Assembly (NCBI GenBank): GCA_045632285.1
Contig: JAZQWJ010000037.1
Span: 22,251 to 86,250 of the forward strand
Source of the DNA: Eubacteriales bacterium
GTDB taxonomy: Bacteria > Bacillota > Clostridia > Oscillospirales > CAG-272
Reading direction: 5' to 3'
DNA: 64,000 nucleotides
In this document: piece by piece, positions 1-10,762 of the stretch
Position numbering within the stretch: the stretch's first letter is position 1
Layout: every line of letters starts with the position of its first letter
Notes under the pieces: generated by a model
What the model was told of the DNA's origin: nothing
Databases searched by the model: none
What the model saw: the letters and a program-made list of their open reading frames with translations, nothing else
Made by a program: the position numbers and the translations under genes

Positions 1-64
1 TATCATTTTATGTAGAGGGCTGTAAAAGGTTCGCAAAAACCAAAGAATTTGCCGCGCGGCAAGA

Positions 65-2419
65 TCATGACTTGTCTGCTTCAAACGGGATGCAGAGCTT
101 AGCACCGCGCATCCCCTCGGCATTGGCGTAGACCTCGATCACACTGCTCTCTGCCGTGCGCCTTCCGCGTTCGGTTGCAACGCCAACGGCAACACCGATC
201 GCTCCTGCACGCATACGGCGCTTGGGCTCGGGCAAGGGGTTGTGATCACAAACGTCGGAGCCGGTTCCCAAGATCCTACCCATTTTATTGGTGTGAAATT
301 CTACGTAAGGCGCGGCGTTCGGCACGATCCTGCCCGCGGCATCCACCGCATAGCAGGTAAGAATGGCAACATCGTTTACGTTGTTGACCTTGTTCTCCAG
401 CCTCAGCATCAGCCGCACAGGGGCGTCGGCGGTTTCCTTTACGTCGGTGACAACAGCCTTATTTTCTACGTATCCGATCGCCTCCAGTTTGCCGGGTGCG
501 TAGTCGACCATCCACTCTAAATGTGTGTGTTTCTCGACCCGTTGACGGCCTAAACTGCTTCCGTTCAACAAAAGCTCGACCTCGTCGCAGTTGGTGTAGC
601 ACCACACACGCACAGGCTCGCCATAACACTCTACGTTCCAATGGGGTAGCAGATACACCATCGGCTTTTCGCTCCAATGAGATTGATTTTGATAAAACGC
701 ATCCTTTTTTTGCAGGTACAGGTCGATGGCACCCGCTTGCGAGCAAAGACGAGGCCAGAAGGTCTCGCCGCGATGCTCAAAGCCATCCCACTGATAGCCA
801 CCCATGATCCAAGGGCGAGAGTCGATAAATTTCCATGTGCGCTCTCGACCAAGAAACCAATCGTTGGTATCCTTATCATAAGCTGACATATAGCCGCGCG
901 CGGAGCAATCGGGCTCATACCAACCTCTTGTAGAGCTGGTGGCGGCATTCTCAGAGGAAAAGATCGCCTTTTGCGGATACTTGGCGTGAACGTCATCGAA
1001 AATATGCAGATTGTAATTGATGCCTACCAGATCCTGCTCGTCAAAAACGGGCGCCTTTTCGGGGCTCTTATCCACAGCGCTGGTGATCGGGCGCAGTACA
1101 TCCAAGCGGCGGACCGCCTCCATCAGCGTTTTGGTGATACGCTTGCCCTGCTCCAAACTGCTGTAATACTCCTCGTTGGAAAGTGACCAGAAGAAAACAG
1201 ACGGGCGATTGCGATCGCGTTTCACAAGCGTTTCCAATTGTGCGATGCCCTCTTCGGTGGAGGAAAACCATCTGGCCTCATCCAACACGATAAAGCCAAG
1301 CTCGTCACAAGCATCAAGAATGGCACTGTGCTGCTGATAATGAGAGGTGCGATAGCCGTTTGCACCCATCTCCTTGAGCAAGCCCATTTTATAGCGATGC
1401 ACGTTGGCGGGCACGGCTTTGCCGAGCAGGCCGCAATCCTCGTGGGCGCAAACGCCCTTGATCTTCACACGGCGACCGTTGAGAATAAGCCCCTGCTCGG
1501 GATCACAAGCATAGTGGCGGAAGCCGATACGTACTTCGTTCATATCCACGGGCGCTCCGCCGCACAAAACGGTGGTACGTACGATATAAAGATAAGGGTC
1601 ATCCACATCCCACAAATGTGGGTTTTCGCATACCGTTTGATACTTAATTGTGCTTTTGGCATGAGAATTAACGGTGCCGTTTCCCTTGGCGACAGCAACG
1701 ACATTTCCCACCGCATCCAGAATTTCGGATACGACCTCAAAGTCCTCCGTGGCGCGCTCGATACTGACCACCGTGGCTTCAAGATCCACAGTCCATACAG
1801 TATCGCTCACCTTTTGCGGGCAAGCATAAACGCCGTCGGTATCAATGGCGATCTTATCGGTCTTTAAAAGCCAAACGTCACGGTATATGCCGCCGCCCTC
1901 GTACCACCAACCCTCGTGCTCCTGCAGGTTGGTGTAAACTGCCACCACGTTCTCTCCGCCGATCACCGCAAAGTCGGTGATATCTACCTCAAAGGAGGTG
2001 TAGCCGCAGAAATTGTGCTTCATCAAGCAACCGTTGAGGTATACGGTGGAATTACCCGACACGCCATCAAACAGCAGCACAAGCCGCTTATCTGCATCCT
2101 CTGCGGGAATCACAAACGATTTGCGGTACCACGCATTGTCATACTTCAAATAGCCGTGCGCATTATTTTCCTCGGTGGTGGGCTTTCCTTGCACCACGTA
2201 ATCGTGGGGCAGATGCACGTATTCCCATTTTTCGTTTGGAAACAGCCCCGTCTTATCAAAGGGATCGGGCCTGTCGCTGTATGCAATAGCCGCAGGGCCT
2301 TTACGGTAGCGCTCGGTCTTAGCCTGTACGTACATCGGCCCCTTGTCAAAGGATTTCGGGATCTCGATATCCCCCTGATGAAACTTCCAGCGTTCATTAA
2401 ATAGCTCTTTGGTTCTCAT
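65..2419 (-). CDS. Glycoside hydrolase family 2 (beta-galactosidase/beta-glucuronidase-like)
   Basis: ORF 65..2500. Start trimmed to the ATG at 2419 (MRTKELFNERWKF), which is preceded by GGAGG. Length and motifs (WSLSNEEY acid/base-type region, GGYQWDGFEHRGE) fit GH2. Confidence 0.85.
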   Translation of the reverse strand: MRTKELFNERWKFHQGDIEIPKSFDKGPMYVQAKTERYRKGPAAIAYSDRPDPFDKTGLFPNEKWEYVHLPHDYVVQGKPTTEENNAHGYLKYDNAWYRKSFVIPAEDADKRLVLLFDGVSGNSTVYLNGCLMKHNFCGYTSFEVDITDFAVIGGENVVAVYTNLQEHEGWWYEGGGIYRDVWLLKTDKIAIDTDGVYACPQKVSDTVWTVDLEATVVSIERATEDFEVVSEILDAVGNVVAVAKGNGTVNSHAKSTIKYQTVCENPHLWDVDDPYLYIVRTTVLCGGAPVDMNEVRIGFRHYACDPEQGLILNGRRVKIKGVCAHEDCGLLGKAVPANVHRYKMGLLKEMGANGYRTSHYQQHSAILDACDELGFIVLDEARWFSSTEEGIAQLETLVKRDRNRPSVFFWSLSNEEYYSSLEQGKRITKTLMEAVRRLDVLRPITSAVDKSPEKAPVFDEQDLVGINYNLHIFDDVHAKYPQKAIFSSENAATSSTRGWYEPDCSARGYMSAYDKDTNDWFLGRERTWKFIDSRPWIMGGYQWDGFEHRGETFWPRLCSQAGAIDLYLQKKDAFYQNQSHWSEKPMVYLLPHWNVECYGEPVRVWCYTNCDEVELLLNGSSLGRQRVEKHTHLEWMVDYAPGKLEAIGYVENKAVVTDVKETADAPVRLMLRLENKVNNVNDVAILTCYAVDAAGRIVPNAAPYVEFHTNKMGRILGTGSDVCDHNPLPEPKRRMRAGAIGVAVGVATERGRRTAESSVIEVYANAEGMRGAKLCIPFEADKS

Positions 2420-2552
2420 AACGGCAACCTCCGCATTATATTCTACAGCTTGATTGTAGCACACGCAAAGGAAAACGTCCATATTCTTTTTGAACTGCAT
2501 ATGGACAAAAATGCTTTTTTATGATAAAATGATTTTGTGAGGTGATGAAATA

Positions 2553-3371
2553 ATGCCCTTTTATTTTGGAAAGCAACAAAACAGCTCTGATCAAAGGAGC
2601 GATCAATACGTTCATATCAACAACTGCGGATTTTGCGAAAGGATCACGCAAATGCGCGTTGACCGCCCTGTGGGCAGAGCGGATTATCAGCTGATCTACA
2701 TCAAAAACGGCGAGTTGACATTCGTCCTTGATAATCGCGCCATAACTCTTAGCGAGGGCGAAATTTTCCTTTACCGTCCGCGCGTGCCGCAGCATTATTT
2801 TGTTTCTTCTGCATCTGCATCTTATTTCTGGATCCATTTTACGGGCACAGAAATCCCTCGGATGATCGAATTTTTCGGGGACGTATGCTATAAAATCGGA
2901 CCGCTCCCCGAATTTGAGCGATTTTGCCGCAGCTTTTACGCCGACTTTCAATTGGCTAAGCGCCACAACGAAATGCGCTTTGAAGGCGAGCTGATCGTGC
3001 TGCTGGCTCGACTTTCGGAACTGCTGCACCCCACCGAGATCAGCGAAAAAGACTACTCAAAGATCAGCAAAGCCATCCTTTTTATGCATAACGAATTCCC
3101 GCAACGTGCCGACAACGACACGCTTTCTGCCCTGTGTGGCATGAGCAAATATTATTTCATCAAGCTGTTCAAAAGTGCAACCGGCGCCACACCGCAGCAA
3201 TACTATATGGCCATGCTGATGGACAAAAGTAAGCTATTGCTCTCCAACACAAGCCACACGGTGGGCGAGATCGCTACCCAATGCGGCATTGAGGACGCCC
3301 TTTACTTCAGCCGCTTATTTAAAAAACACGTGGGCTGCTCTCCAAGCGCCTACCGATCTAAAAATTTATAA
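2553..3371 (+). CDS. AraC/XylS family transcriptional regulator
   Basis: 272 aa. Cupin-like N-terminus and a C-terminal double HTH (MSKYYFIKLFK..., DALYFSRLFKKHVGCSPSAYR). GAGGTG RBS. Divergent from the GH2 gene. Confidence 0.85.
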   Translation: MPFYFGKQQNSSDQRSDQYVHINNCGFCERITQMRVDRPVGRADYQLIYIKNGELTFVLDNRAITLSEGEIFLYRPRVPQHYFVSSASASYFWIHFTGTEIPRMIEFFGDVCYKIGPLPEFERFCRSFYADFQLAKRHNEMRFEGELIVLLARLSELLHPTEISEKDYSKISKAILFMHNEFPQRADNDTLSALCGMSKYYFIKLFKSATGATPQQYYMAMLMDKSKLLLSNTSHTVGEIATQCGIEDALYFSRLFKKHVGCSPSAYRSKNL

Positions 3372-3408
3372 AGAAAAAGAACGCAAGACGTCTTGCGTTC
3401 TTTTTCTT
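3371..3408. terminator. Bidirectional intrinsic terminator
   Basis: Perfect palindrome AAGAAAAAGAACGCAAGAC/GTCTTGCGTTCTTTTTCTT between convergent genes. The A/T runs lie within and beside the stem. Confidence 0.7.
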
Positions 3409-3414
3409 TTGTGG

Positions 3415-3681
3415 TTAAAGCATCAGATACACCAACAAAAAGGCAACAGCCAACAGGCCAAGCACCGCCAGCATAGGCAAAAACATCAGCTTGACCGACT
3501 CGATATACGTGCGGAAGATCTCTTTTCCGGACGAGCGTGCCAGCTGCTGTCGGGGCCTTGCCGCGCGTTCCTTTTTGGGCTTATCCTTGGACGAATGCTC
3601 TCCGTTAAGGCCGGACATATCGGCAATGGTAGAACCGTCGTCAACGTATTTGATCTTTTGCTTTTTTTCTTTCTTTCCCAT
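3415..3681 (-). CDS. Small membrane protein, last gene of the peptide ABC block (no family recognised)
   Basis: 88 aa. The ATG lies 3 nt after the upstream stop, with an AGAGG RBS inside the upstream gene. Lys-rich N-terminus and a single C-terminal TM (MFLPMLAVLGLLAVAFLLVYLML). Confidence 0.55.
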   Translation of the reverse strand: MGKKEKKQKIKYVDDGSTIADMSGLNGEHSSKDKPKKERAARPRQQLARSSGKEIFRTYIESVKLMFLPMLAVLGLLAVAFLLVYLML

Positions 3682-3684
3682 ACG

Positions 3685-4782
3685 TCAAGCCTCTTCAAGC
3701 AGGTGGCAGGCAGCAAAATGCCCGGGCTCGTACTCTCTGTATTTGGGCGTGACGTGCTTGCATTTTTCGGTTGCATTGGGGCAACGAGTATGGAAACGGC
3801 AGCCCTTAGGCGGGTTGGTGGGAGACGGAATATCACCGCTAAGCACCACGCGGTTCATCTTAACGTCGGGGTTAGGATTGGGGATCGCCGAAAACAGCGC
3901 CTTGGTGTAAGGGTGCAAGGGATTTGCAAAAATATCCTTTTTAGAGCCAAACTCCATCATAGCGCCCAGGTACATTACGCCAACCTTATCAGAGATGAAT
4001 TTGACCACCGACAGATCGTGAGAAATGAACAGATAGGTCAGATTCATTGACTTTTGCAGATCCTTGAGCAAATTGATGATCTGTGCCTGGATGGATACGT
4101 CCAAAGCCGAAACAGGCTCGTCACAGACCACAAGCTTGGGATTTACAGACAAGGCACGGGCAATGCAGATGCGCTGACGCTGGCCGCCCGAAAACTCATG
4201 AGGATAGCGCTCGTAATAATAATCCCGCAGACCGCACTTCTCCATCAGCTCTAAAACGTACTGCTTGACCTGATCCTTGGGCACCACGTTGTGCACGCGC
4301 ACGGGCTCGGACAAGATCTCGCCCACCGTAGCGCGGGGCGGCAGTGAGGAGTAGGGATCCTGAAAGATGATCTGCATATCGGTGCGCAACGGGCGCATTT
4401 GCGCCTTGTTGAGCTTGGTGATATCCTGCCCCTTAAAAATGATCTGACCGCCGCTGGAGGGATGCAGCTTGAGCACTGTACGTCCCATCGTGGTCTTTCC
4501 GCAACCGGATTCGCCTACGATACCAAGGGTCTCGCCTGCGTTTAGGGTAAAGGACACGTCATCAACAGCCACAAGCTCCTTTTGTACGCGCCCCAAAAGA
4601 TCCTTTTTGATGGGGAAGCATTTGCGCAGATGGCGTACCTCAAGCAGTGCCTCGGGGTCAAAGGGCTTTTGCAGATCTGCCTCGATCGCGGCCTGCTTTT
4701 CAGCGGCCTCGGCGGCAGCAATGGCAGCATCATCATATTCGGATACGGTCTCTACAGACTCCATCACATTTTCCTCTGTCAT
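3685..4782 (-). CDS. Oligopeptide/dipeptide ABC transporter ATP-binding protein (OppF/DppF-like)
   Basis: Walker [10 protein letters not shown], signature FSGGQRQR, Walker [13 protein letters not shown]. Cys-rich C-terminal extension ([13 protein letters not shown]). 4-nt overlap with the upstream ATPase gene. Confidence 0.9.
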   Translation of the reverse strand: MTEENVMESVETVSEYDDAAIAAAEAAEKQAAIEADLQKPFDPEALLEVRHLRKCFPIKKDLLGRVQKELVAVDDVSFTLNAGETLGIVGESGCGKTTMGRTVLKLHPSSGGQIIFKGQDITKLNKAQMRPLRTDMQIIFQDPYSSLPPRATVGEILSEPVRVHNVVPKDQVKQYVLELMEKCGLRDYYYERYPHEFSGGQRQRICIARALSVNPKLVVCDEPVSALDVSIQAQIINLLKDLQKSMNLTYLFISHDLSVVKFISDKVGVMYLGAMMEFGSKKDIFANPLHPYTKALFSAIPNPNPDVKMNRVVLSGDIPSPTNPPKGCRFHTRCPNATEKCKHVTPKYREYEPGHFAACHLLEEA

Positions 4783-6002
4783 GCTTGATCACCCTCCTCT
4801 CCGTACAAATGGCACGCAACAAAGTGCGTGGGGCTTACCTGCACCATACCCGGATATTCACCCGAGCATTTTCGGGTGCACCGAGAGCAGCGCTCCTTAA
4901 AATAGCAATGGTTGGGCATATTCACGGGGTTAGGTACATTGCCGGGAATGTTAAACAGTGCATCCGACTCGGAATTCATTGTAGGCTTAGACTGTTGCAG
5001 GCCCATGGTATAGGGATGCTTGGGATCGTGGAAGATCTCGCGCACGGTTCCTTGCTCGATCACGCGGCCGGCGTACATCACCACCACGTAATCTGCCATT
5101 TCGGCCACAACACCAAGGTCGTGGGTGATCAGCAGGATCGAGCCGTTGATCTTAGTTTTCAGATCGCGGAACAGATCCAGGATCTGCGCCTGAATGGTCA
5201 CGTCCAAAGCAGTAGTGGGCTCGTCTGCAATGATCAGACGGGGATTGCAAGCCAACGCCATTGCGATCATCACACGTTGACGCATACCGCCGGACAGCTC
5301 GTGAGGATAGGATCTATACACACGCTCGGGGGCGGCAATGCCTACCAAACGCAGCATCTCCATCGAGGCCTCTTTGGCCTGCTCTTTGGTGGCGCCGGGA
5401 ACGTGGATAAAGGTGACCTCGTCCAGCTGGTTGCCAATGGTAAACACAGGATTCAGCGAGGTCATAGGCTCCTGAAAGATCATAGCGATCTGACGGCCAC
5501 GGATGCGATAGATCTCGTTGATGGGCATATTGGCAATATCAAAGGCCTTATCCTCGATCTCGTAAACGGTCTCTCCGTTTTCTTTGACCGTGGGGATCGG
5601 TCTGCCCTTTTTGTCGCGAACGTAGTCCTGCGAGTTAAAACGGATCTGACCCGACACGATCTGGCCGTGGGGGCCCTGCACCAGCTGCATCACCGACATA
5701 CTGGTGACCGATTTTCCGCAGCCCGACTCGCCCACGATACCCACGGTAGAGTTACGGGGCACGTTAAAGGAAACGCCGTTGACTGCCTTGACCACACCCT
5801 GCTCGGTATAGAAGTAGGTGTGCAGATCCTCGATCTCCAAAATGTTGTTGTCATCCTTCATCTGCGTGACGAATTCGCTTTCGTCAGCCTTGCGATTTTT
5901 ACGTTTTTCCAACGCCTTGGTGATCTTTCGGTTCTCCTTGGCAATGGCACGGATCTCTTTATTGGACAGATAATGGTTATTCTTTTTTGCTTGCTCTGCC
6001 AT
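4779..6002 (-). CDS. Oligopeptide/dipeptide ABC transporter ATP-binding protein (OppD/DppD-like)
   Basis: GESGCGKS, LSGGMRQR, LIIADEPTTALD. Lys-rich ~60-aa N-terminal extension. C-terminal CYFKERCSRCTRKC. AAGGAGG RBS. Confidence 0.9.
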   Translation of the reverse strand: MAEQAKKNNHYLSNKEIRAIAKENRKITKALEKRKNRKADESEFVTQMKDDNNILEIEDLHTYFYTEQGVVKAVNGVSFNVPRNSTVGIVGESGCGKSVTSMSVMQLVQGPHGQIVSGQIRFNSQDYVRDKKGRPIPTVKENGETVYEIEDKAFDIANMPINEIYRIRGRQIAMIFQEPMTSLNPVFTIGNQLDEVTFIHVPGATKEQAKEASMEMLRLVGIAAPERVYRSYPHELSGGMRQRVMIAMALACNPRLIIADEPTTALDVTIQAQILDLFRDLKTKINGSILLITHDLGVVAEMADYVVVMYAGRVIEQGTVREIFHDPKHPYTMGLQQSKPTMNSESDALFNIPGNVPNPVNMPNHCYFKERCSRCTRKCSGEYPGMVQVSPTHFVACHLYGEEGDQA

Positions 6003-6007
6003 TTCCG

Positions 6008-7120
6008 TTACCTCCTTGCCTTGGGATCCAGTGCGTCGCGCAGACCGTCACCTACAAAGTTAAAGCCAAGCACGGCAGCAACGATGCAGAGGCCGGGAGG
6101 CGCCCAGATGTTGATGTGATTGATCAGAATATTGGTATCGCTTGCGGCGTTGATCATCGTTCCCCAAGCTGCATAGGGGGGCTGAACACCCATATTCAGG
6201 AAGGACAGCGATGCCTCGTACAAGATCATACTGCCAAGGCTGAGGGTCATAGAGACGATCAGCTGCGGCATAACGTTGGGAACAAGATGCTTAAAGATCT
6301 TGCGGGGCGTGGAATAGCCCATAGCCTCGGCTGCCACCATATACTCCTGCTCGCGCAGGGACAGGATCTGTCCGCGCACCAAGCGTGCGGTGCCGGGCCA
6401 GGAGAACAGGGTGAGGAAGGCCATCAAAAAGTAAATGCGGTACTTGGGGTCACCCAAAAGCGCCTGTACGGCATTGGGATCCTCCATTTCACCAAAAGCG
6501 GTCAGCACGGTACCGAATACCAGCATAATGGGAAAGCCGGGAATGCACATCAGCACGTCGCATATACGCATAATGATATTATCCACAAGACCACCGAAAT
6601 AACCTGCAAGGCCGCCCATAATAACGCCAAGCACGGTAATGATGAACACCGAGATAAATCCGATGATCAACGAAATGCGGCCGCCGTACATCAATCTTGC
6701 CAACACGTCATAGCCGGTTTTATCGGTGCCAAGAGGATGCTCTGCACTCATGGGAGCCAGCGTATTTTCCTTTTCCACCTTTTCGGTGACCTGATATACG
6801 GTATAGGTCTTGCCTCCCTGTTGATAGGTAAAGCTTTCTGCGGTATACTCGACCATAGGGGAGTTATCGACCTCGATCTCCTCCCACTCGTTGTATACAA
6901 CGGGGCCAAGGAAGCAGAACAAAAACAGTGCCACCAGAATGATCAGACCGACAAGGCTCAGTTTGGATCTGAAGAAACGGCGAAGGATCATTTGCGTTGG
7001 CGACATCAGGCGTACGTTTTGATCCAGCGGGGTCTCCTCCTCTACGGAGCCCGTGATATTTTCTGTGGTCTTGGCGGCAGCTTCCTGCGCCAACGCCTCG
7101 TTTTTCTCAATATCTTTCAT
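6008..7120 (-). CDS. Peptide ABC transporter permease (OppC/DppC-like)
   Basis: 370 aa, multi-TM, with a binding-protein-dependent permease loop (AAEAMGYSTPRKIFKHLVPN). AAGGAG RBS. Confidence 0.88.
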   Translation of the reverse strand: MKDIEKNEALAQEAAAKTTENITGSVEEETPLDQNVRLMSPTQMILRRFFRSKLSLVGLIILVALFLFCFLGPVVYNEWEEIEVDNSPMVEYTAESFTYQQGGKTYTVYQVTEKVEKENTLAPMSAEHPLGTDKTGYDVLARLMYGGRISLIIGFISVFIITVLGVIMGGLAGYFGGLVDNIIMRICDVLMCIPGFPIMLVFGTVLTAFGEMEDPNAVQALLGDPKYRIYFLMAFLTLFSWPGTARLVRGQILSLREQEYMVAAEAMGYSTPRKIFKHLVPNVMPQLIVSMTLSLGSMILYEASLSFLNMGVQPPYAAWGTMINAASDTNILINHINIWAPPGLCIVAAVLGFNFVGDGLRDALDPKARR

Positions 7121-7129
7121 AGGACTCCT

Positions 7130-8092
7130 TTACTGCAGCTTGACGCGGGGGTCAACCACTGCATACATAAGATCTGCCAACAGCACACCGATGATGCTGA
7201 GCAATGCGAGGAACATATTATAGCCCATGATCACAGGGATGTCGCCGCGGATCATTGCCTGATACGCCGTGTTACCGATACCCGGCAGGTCAAAGATCTG
7301 CTCGGTGATAATGGCGCCCGAGAAAAGCGAGGGCAAAAGACCCGCAAGGCTTGTGACCAACGGGATCATCGTATTACGGAAGGCGTGCTTGTAAATAACC
7401 ACGCGCTCCTTCAGGCCCTTGGCACGGGCGGTACGGATATAATCGGAGTTCAACACCTCCAGCATCTCGGTACGGGTCATACGCATACGCCCGCCGATAC
7501 TCAGCACCACCACCGTGACGATAGGAAGCACAAGATACCTGACGTATTCCAGCGCATAGGATAGCCCTGTTGCCGAGCTTGTGGCGTCTCCCAAGCCGTT
7601 TAGCGGTAGCCACCCAAGCCCCGAAGAAAACAGCGCCTGCAACACCTTGCCAAAGAAAAACGCAGGTAAGGAAATGCCGATCATAACCAGAACGGTGACC
7701 AGGTAATCACGGATCGAATACTGATGCTTGGCGGCCGTGATGCCAAGGGGAATGGCGATCATAAATTCAAAGATAGTGGCAATTGCCGCCACCAAAAAGG
7801 ATACGAACATATCACGCTTGATCACGTCCACAACGGGCATCATCTGCGTAAAGCTCTCGCCAAAATCCAACGTAACGATACGGCCCAGCCATTCACCGTA
7901 GCTCATATCATACATTTTCATAATAGCGTCCTTGGTCGCCTGATCCACAATAGCGCCGCCTGCGTTCATTTCGTTGATCTTGTTCTCCGCAAAGCTGGAG
8001 GGCATATTCTGGATCAGAACAAACAGGATCAGCGAAACGCCAAGCAGGATAAACACCGACAGGACCAGTCTTTTCGCTATGTATTTTAACAT
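7130..8092 (-). CDS. Peptide ABC transporter permease (OppB/DppB-like)
   Basis: 320 aa, 6-TM pattern, EAA-type loop RTARAKGLKERVVIYKHAFRN. Confidence 0.88.
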   Translation of the reverse strand: MLKYIAKRLVLSVFILLGVSLILFVLIQNMPSSFAENKINEMNAGGAIVDQATKDAIMKMYDMSYGEWLGRIVTLDFGESFTQMMPVVDVIKRDMFVSFLVAAIATIFEFMIAIPLGITAAKHQYSIRDYLVTVLVMIGISLPAFFFGKVLQALFSSGLGWLPLNGLGDATSSATGLSYALEYVRYLVLPIVTVVVLSIGGRMRMTRTEMLEVLNSDYIRTARAKGLKERVVIYKHAFRNTMIPLVTSLAGLLPSLFSGAIITEQIFDLPGIGNTAYQAMIRGDIPVIMGYNMFLALLSIIGVLLADLMYAVVDPRVKLQ

Positions 8093-8154
8093 AATCTACT
8101 CCAAATCTTTATACCGTTGCGCGGAAACCCGCGCAACGGTTGCTTTTGCCGCGA

Positions 8155-10722
8155 TCAGGCGGCGAACTCAACTTCCCAGATACGATCCAGCGGAGAGGTG
8201 TAAGGATTGATCTCGGAAGGCATAGAAGAGCTGTTGATCACATTAGCATTGAAGGCATACAGCACGTCTCTCTGGTAAACAGGCAGCTCGACAGCAAGAT
8301 CCAGCACGTAACCCATTGCCTCGCGGTAAAGATCGGTACGCTCCTCCTGATCCTCGGTCTCGCGTGCCTCGTCGATCACCTCGCTCAGATCGTTGAGGAT
8401 CTCATTTTCCTCAGGATACAGTGCGGGGGAGGCAAGGATCTCGCGGTAACCCCAAGCAAGCACGCTGGTGGCAGTGGAGTTCTTGTGGTAGACCTGGTAC
8501 ATATCGGGGTCAACGGTAGAGCCCCAAGCAGCAGCCCAAACGGCAAGAGAGCCGGTGGTCAGCTTGGTCAGCGCCTGTGTATCCGGCACCACCTGAATAT
8601 TCCAACCCATTTCGTTCAGCAGGTCGGCAGCGGCGCGGAAGGTCAGGTAGGTGGGGTGATCGGTCAGGTCAGCGCCTGCAATGGTAAACTTAAGGGTCAG
8701 CTTAGAGTCGCCTGCGGAAACGCCTGCTTCCTCCATATAGTAACGGATCTTTTCCTTGGCACTTTCCTTGTTAAACTGTACGGCGGGATAGTCGTGATCG
8801 TTGAGACGGTCGTTGTTGCCAAGCTCATCCTTGGGATATGCCCAGCTGACGGTGGACATAGGCCAGTAGATGTTCTCTGCGGTGCCAACGCTGTAGTAGC
8901 TGAGGGCAAGAGAGGTATCCATAGCGCACATAATAGCCTTGCGGATGTTGATATCCGGCACCTTGCCGGCATTGATGCCGATATAACCGTAGCCAAGCTG
9001 GTCGGTATTCAGCTTTTGAATGCCGGAAGCGGCCAGAGAATTCAGCTTATCAATGTTATACTGGGTATACTGGGGGGAGATGTAGTGGACAGAGCCCTCC
9101 TCCAAAGCGGCAATGGCATTGGAGGTGCTGACCACACGATAGCGGATCTTTTCGATCTTGGGCTGGCCCATCATAAAGTTGTCGTTGCGCTTGAAATAAA
9201 CGACGTTGTTAGAGAAGAAAGCATCCTCGTGAGGATTGTCGCTATTATCGCGGTCGGTAGCCTTGTAGGCGCCGGCGCCCATAGGAACCTTGATGTTTCT
9301 GGTGGACTGGATCACGTTTCTCATATAGTCAAAGGAGCCGTAATCCACGCCGAACTTATTGTTGGCAATGTCAACGGTATAACCCTCGGCATAGTAATGC
9401 TGAGGTGCTACGGCAAAGGCAAAGTTCCAAATGGCCTTGGGGTCAACACCATTGATGGTGATCTCAAGCACGTCATACTCGTTGGCATTGACGGGGGTTC
9501 CGTCGGGGTTGTGCTGCTGTGCAACGGTATAGACGTTGGAGCCGATGGTTACAGAGGGAGTAGCGGTGGTGTGGCCAAGAGAAACGATACCGGAGATGTT
9601 GGGTACCGTCAGACCGCCCTGGGTCTTTTCTTCAAGGATGACCTCCTTGGCCTTTGCGGCATACTCGGTGTGCAGATCGTTTGCGGTCGCCCACATCGTC
9701 AGAATGATATTCAACTCGTTTTCGATCTTATCGTTGTAAACAAAATCGATTGCGGAGGTCTTATCCTTTACAACAGAGGCGCTGTAGTTGGGAGTCAAAG
9801 ACTCGATCTTGGTGGAATCGATCTTGCCGGAGGCGTCTCTTGCGTACTCAACGTCAACATAGCCCTCCATATACATAAAGCAGAACACCTCGTCCTGGAA
9901 CTGCGTGTGAGACTTGTAGGGCTCCTGCGTGAAGGATTCCTTTGCGCCTGCATAGTCGCGCTCAAGCTCCTTTTTGAACATAGACAAAGCCTTTTCATAG
10001 TCTGCCTTCAGCTGCTCGTTGGTGACCGAAGCGATATTGGCAGAAACGGCCTTTTTATAGCCGTTGGACAGCGTGTGCTTCTGGATGGCGTTCAGCATCG
10101 TCTCATAGCTTGCGCTGTACTTGCCGGCAGTTTGCGTGCGGCCGACCTGCTGGTACAGGTTGATCAGCTCGTTCATACGGTCCTTGGCACGGTTTGCGGC
10201 TGCAGTGGTCAGCGCGTCGTCAGCATCAACGGTGCCACCCTGCGTCTGGGTTCTGTAATCCTTCAGGCCCAGAATGTCAGTGGAATACATGGTAGAGGAG
10301 CCGGTGTAAACGGGATCCAGATATACGTACATATTAAACAGCACGTCCTCCATCGTCAGGGGATGGCCGTCGGAGAACTTGATATTGTTCTTCAATACAA
10401 AGGTATACTTGGTGGTGTTGCTTGCATCGTCATGCACGATGGAATAGTCCTTAACAGCAACAGCCTCGCCGTCGCCACAGGCAACGGTGACCTCACCGTT
10501 CTGATAGCCGGTGGTCAGCATACCGATCTGGGTCATAGACACGATGGTGCTGTCATTGCCGCTGGTGGCAAAGAAGGGATTAAACAAACCGTCCAGCTGC
10601 TCGGTCATAATAACAAAGGCGTCGGGTGCGGTGCCGGTAGGCTCATCGGAGCAACCAAACATCGTGAGACACCCTGCCAGCATCGTCAGACAAAGGACGA
10701 CACACAAAATTCTCTTTTTCAT
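8155..10722 (-). CDS. Oversized family-5 (peptide/nickel) ABC substrate-binding lipoprotein
   Basis: Start trimmed to the ATG at 10722 (MKKRILCVVLCLTMLAGC lipobox), after TTGGAGGA. SBP_bac_5-like body, but 855 aa is far longer than the usual 500-600 aa. Confidence 0.8.
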   Translation of the reverse strand: MKKRILCVVLCLTMLAGCLTMFGCSDEPTGTAPDAFVIMTEQLDGLFNPFFATSGNDSTIVSMTQIGMLTTGYQNGEVTVACGDGEAVAVKDYSIVHDDASNTTKYTFVLKNNIKFSDGHPLTMEDVLFNMYVYLDPVYTGSSTMYSTDILGLKDYRTQTQGGTVDADDALTTAAANRAKDRMNELINLYQQVGRTQTAGKYSASYETMLNAIQKHTLSNGYKKAVSANIASVTNEQLKADYEKALSMFKKELERDYAGAKESFTQEPYKSHTQFQDEVFCFMYMEGYVDVEYARDASGKIDSTKIESLTPNYSASVVKDKTSAIDFVYNDKIENELNIILTMWATANDLHTEYAAKAKEVILEEKTQGGLTVPNISGIVSLGHTTATPSVTIGSNVYTVAQQHNPDGTPVNANEYDVLEITINGVDPKAIWNFAFAVAPQHYYAEGYTVDIANNKFGVDYGSFDYMRNVIQSTRNIKVPMGAGAYKATDRDNSDNPHEDAFFSNNVVYFKRNDNFMMGQPKIEKIRYRVVSTSNAIAALEEGSVHYISPQYTQYNIDKLNSLAASGIQKLNTDQLGYGYIGINAGKVPDINIRKAIMCAMDTSLALSYYSVGTAENIYWPMSTVSWAYPKDELGNNDRLNDHDYPAVQFNKESAKEKIRYYMEEAGVSAGDSKLTLKFTIAGADLTDHPTYLTFRAAADLLNEMGWNIQVVPDTQALTKLTTGSLAVWAAAWGSTVDPDMYQVYHKNSTATSVLAWGYREILASPALYPEENEILNDLSEVIDEARETEDQEERTDLYREAMGYVLDLAVELPVYQRDVLYAFNANVINSSSMPSEINPYTSPLDRIWEVEFAA

Positions 10723-10762
10723 AATTTCCTCCAAATTTTATATCGCTCAGCGCAAAAACGCA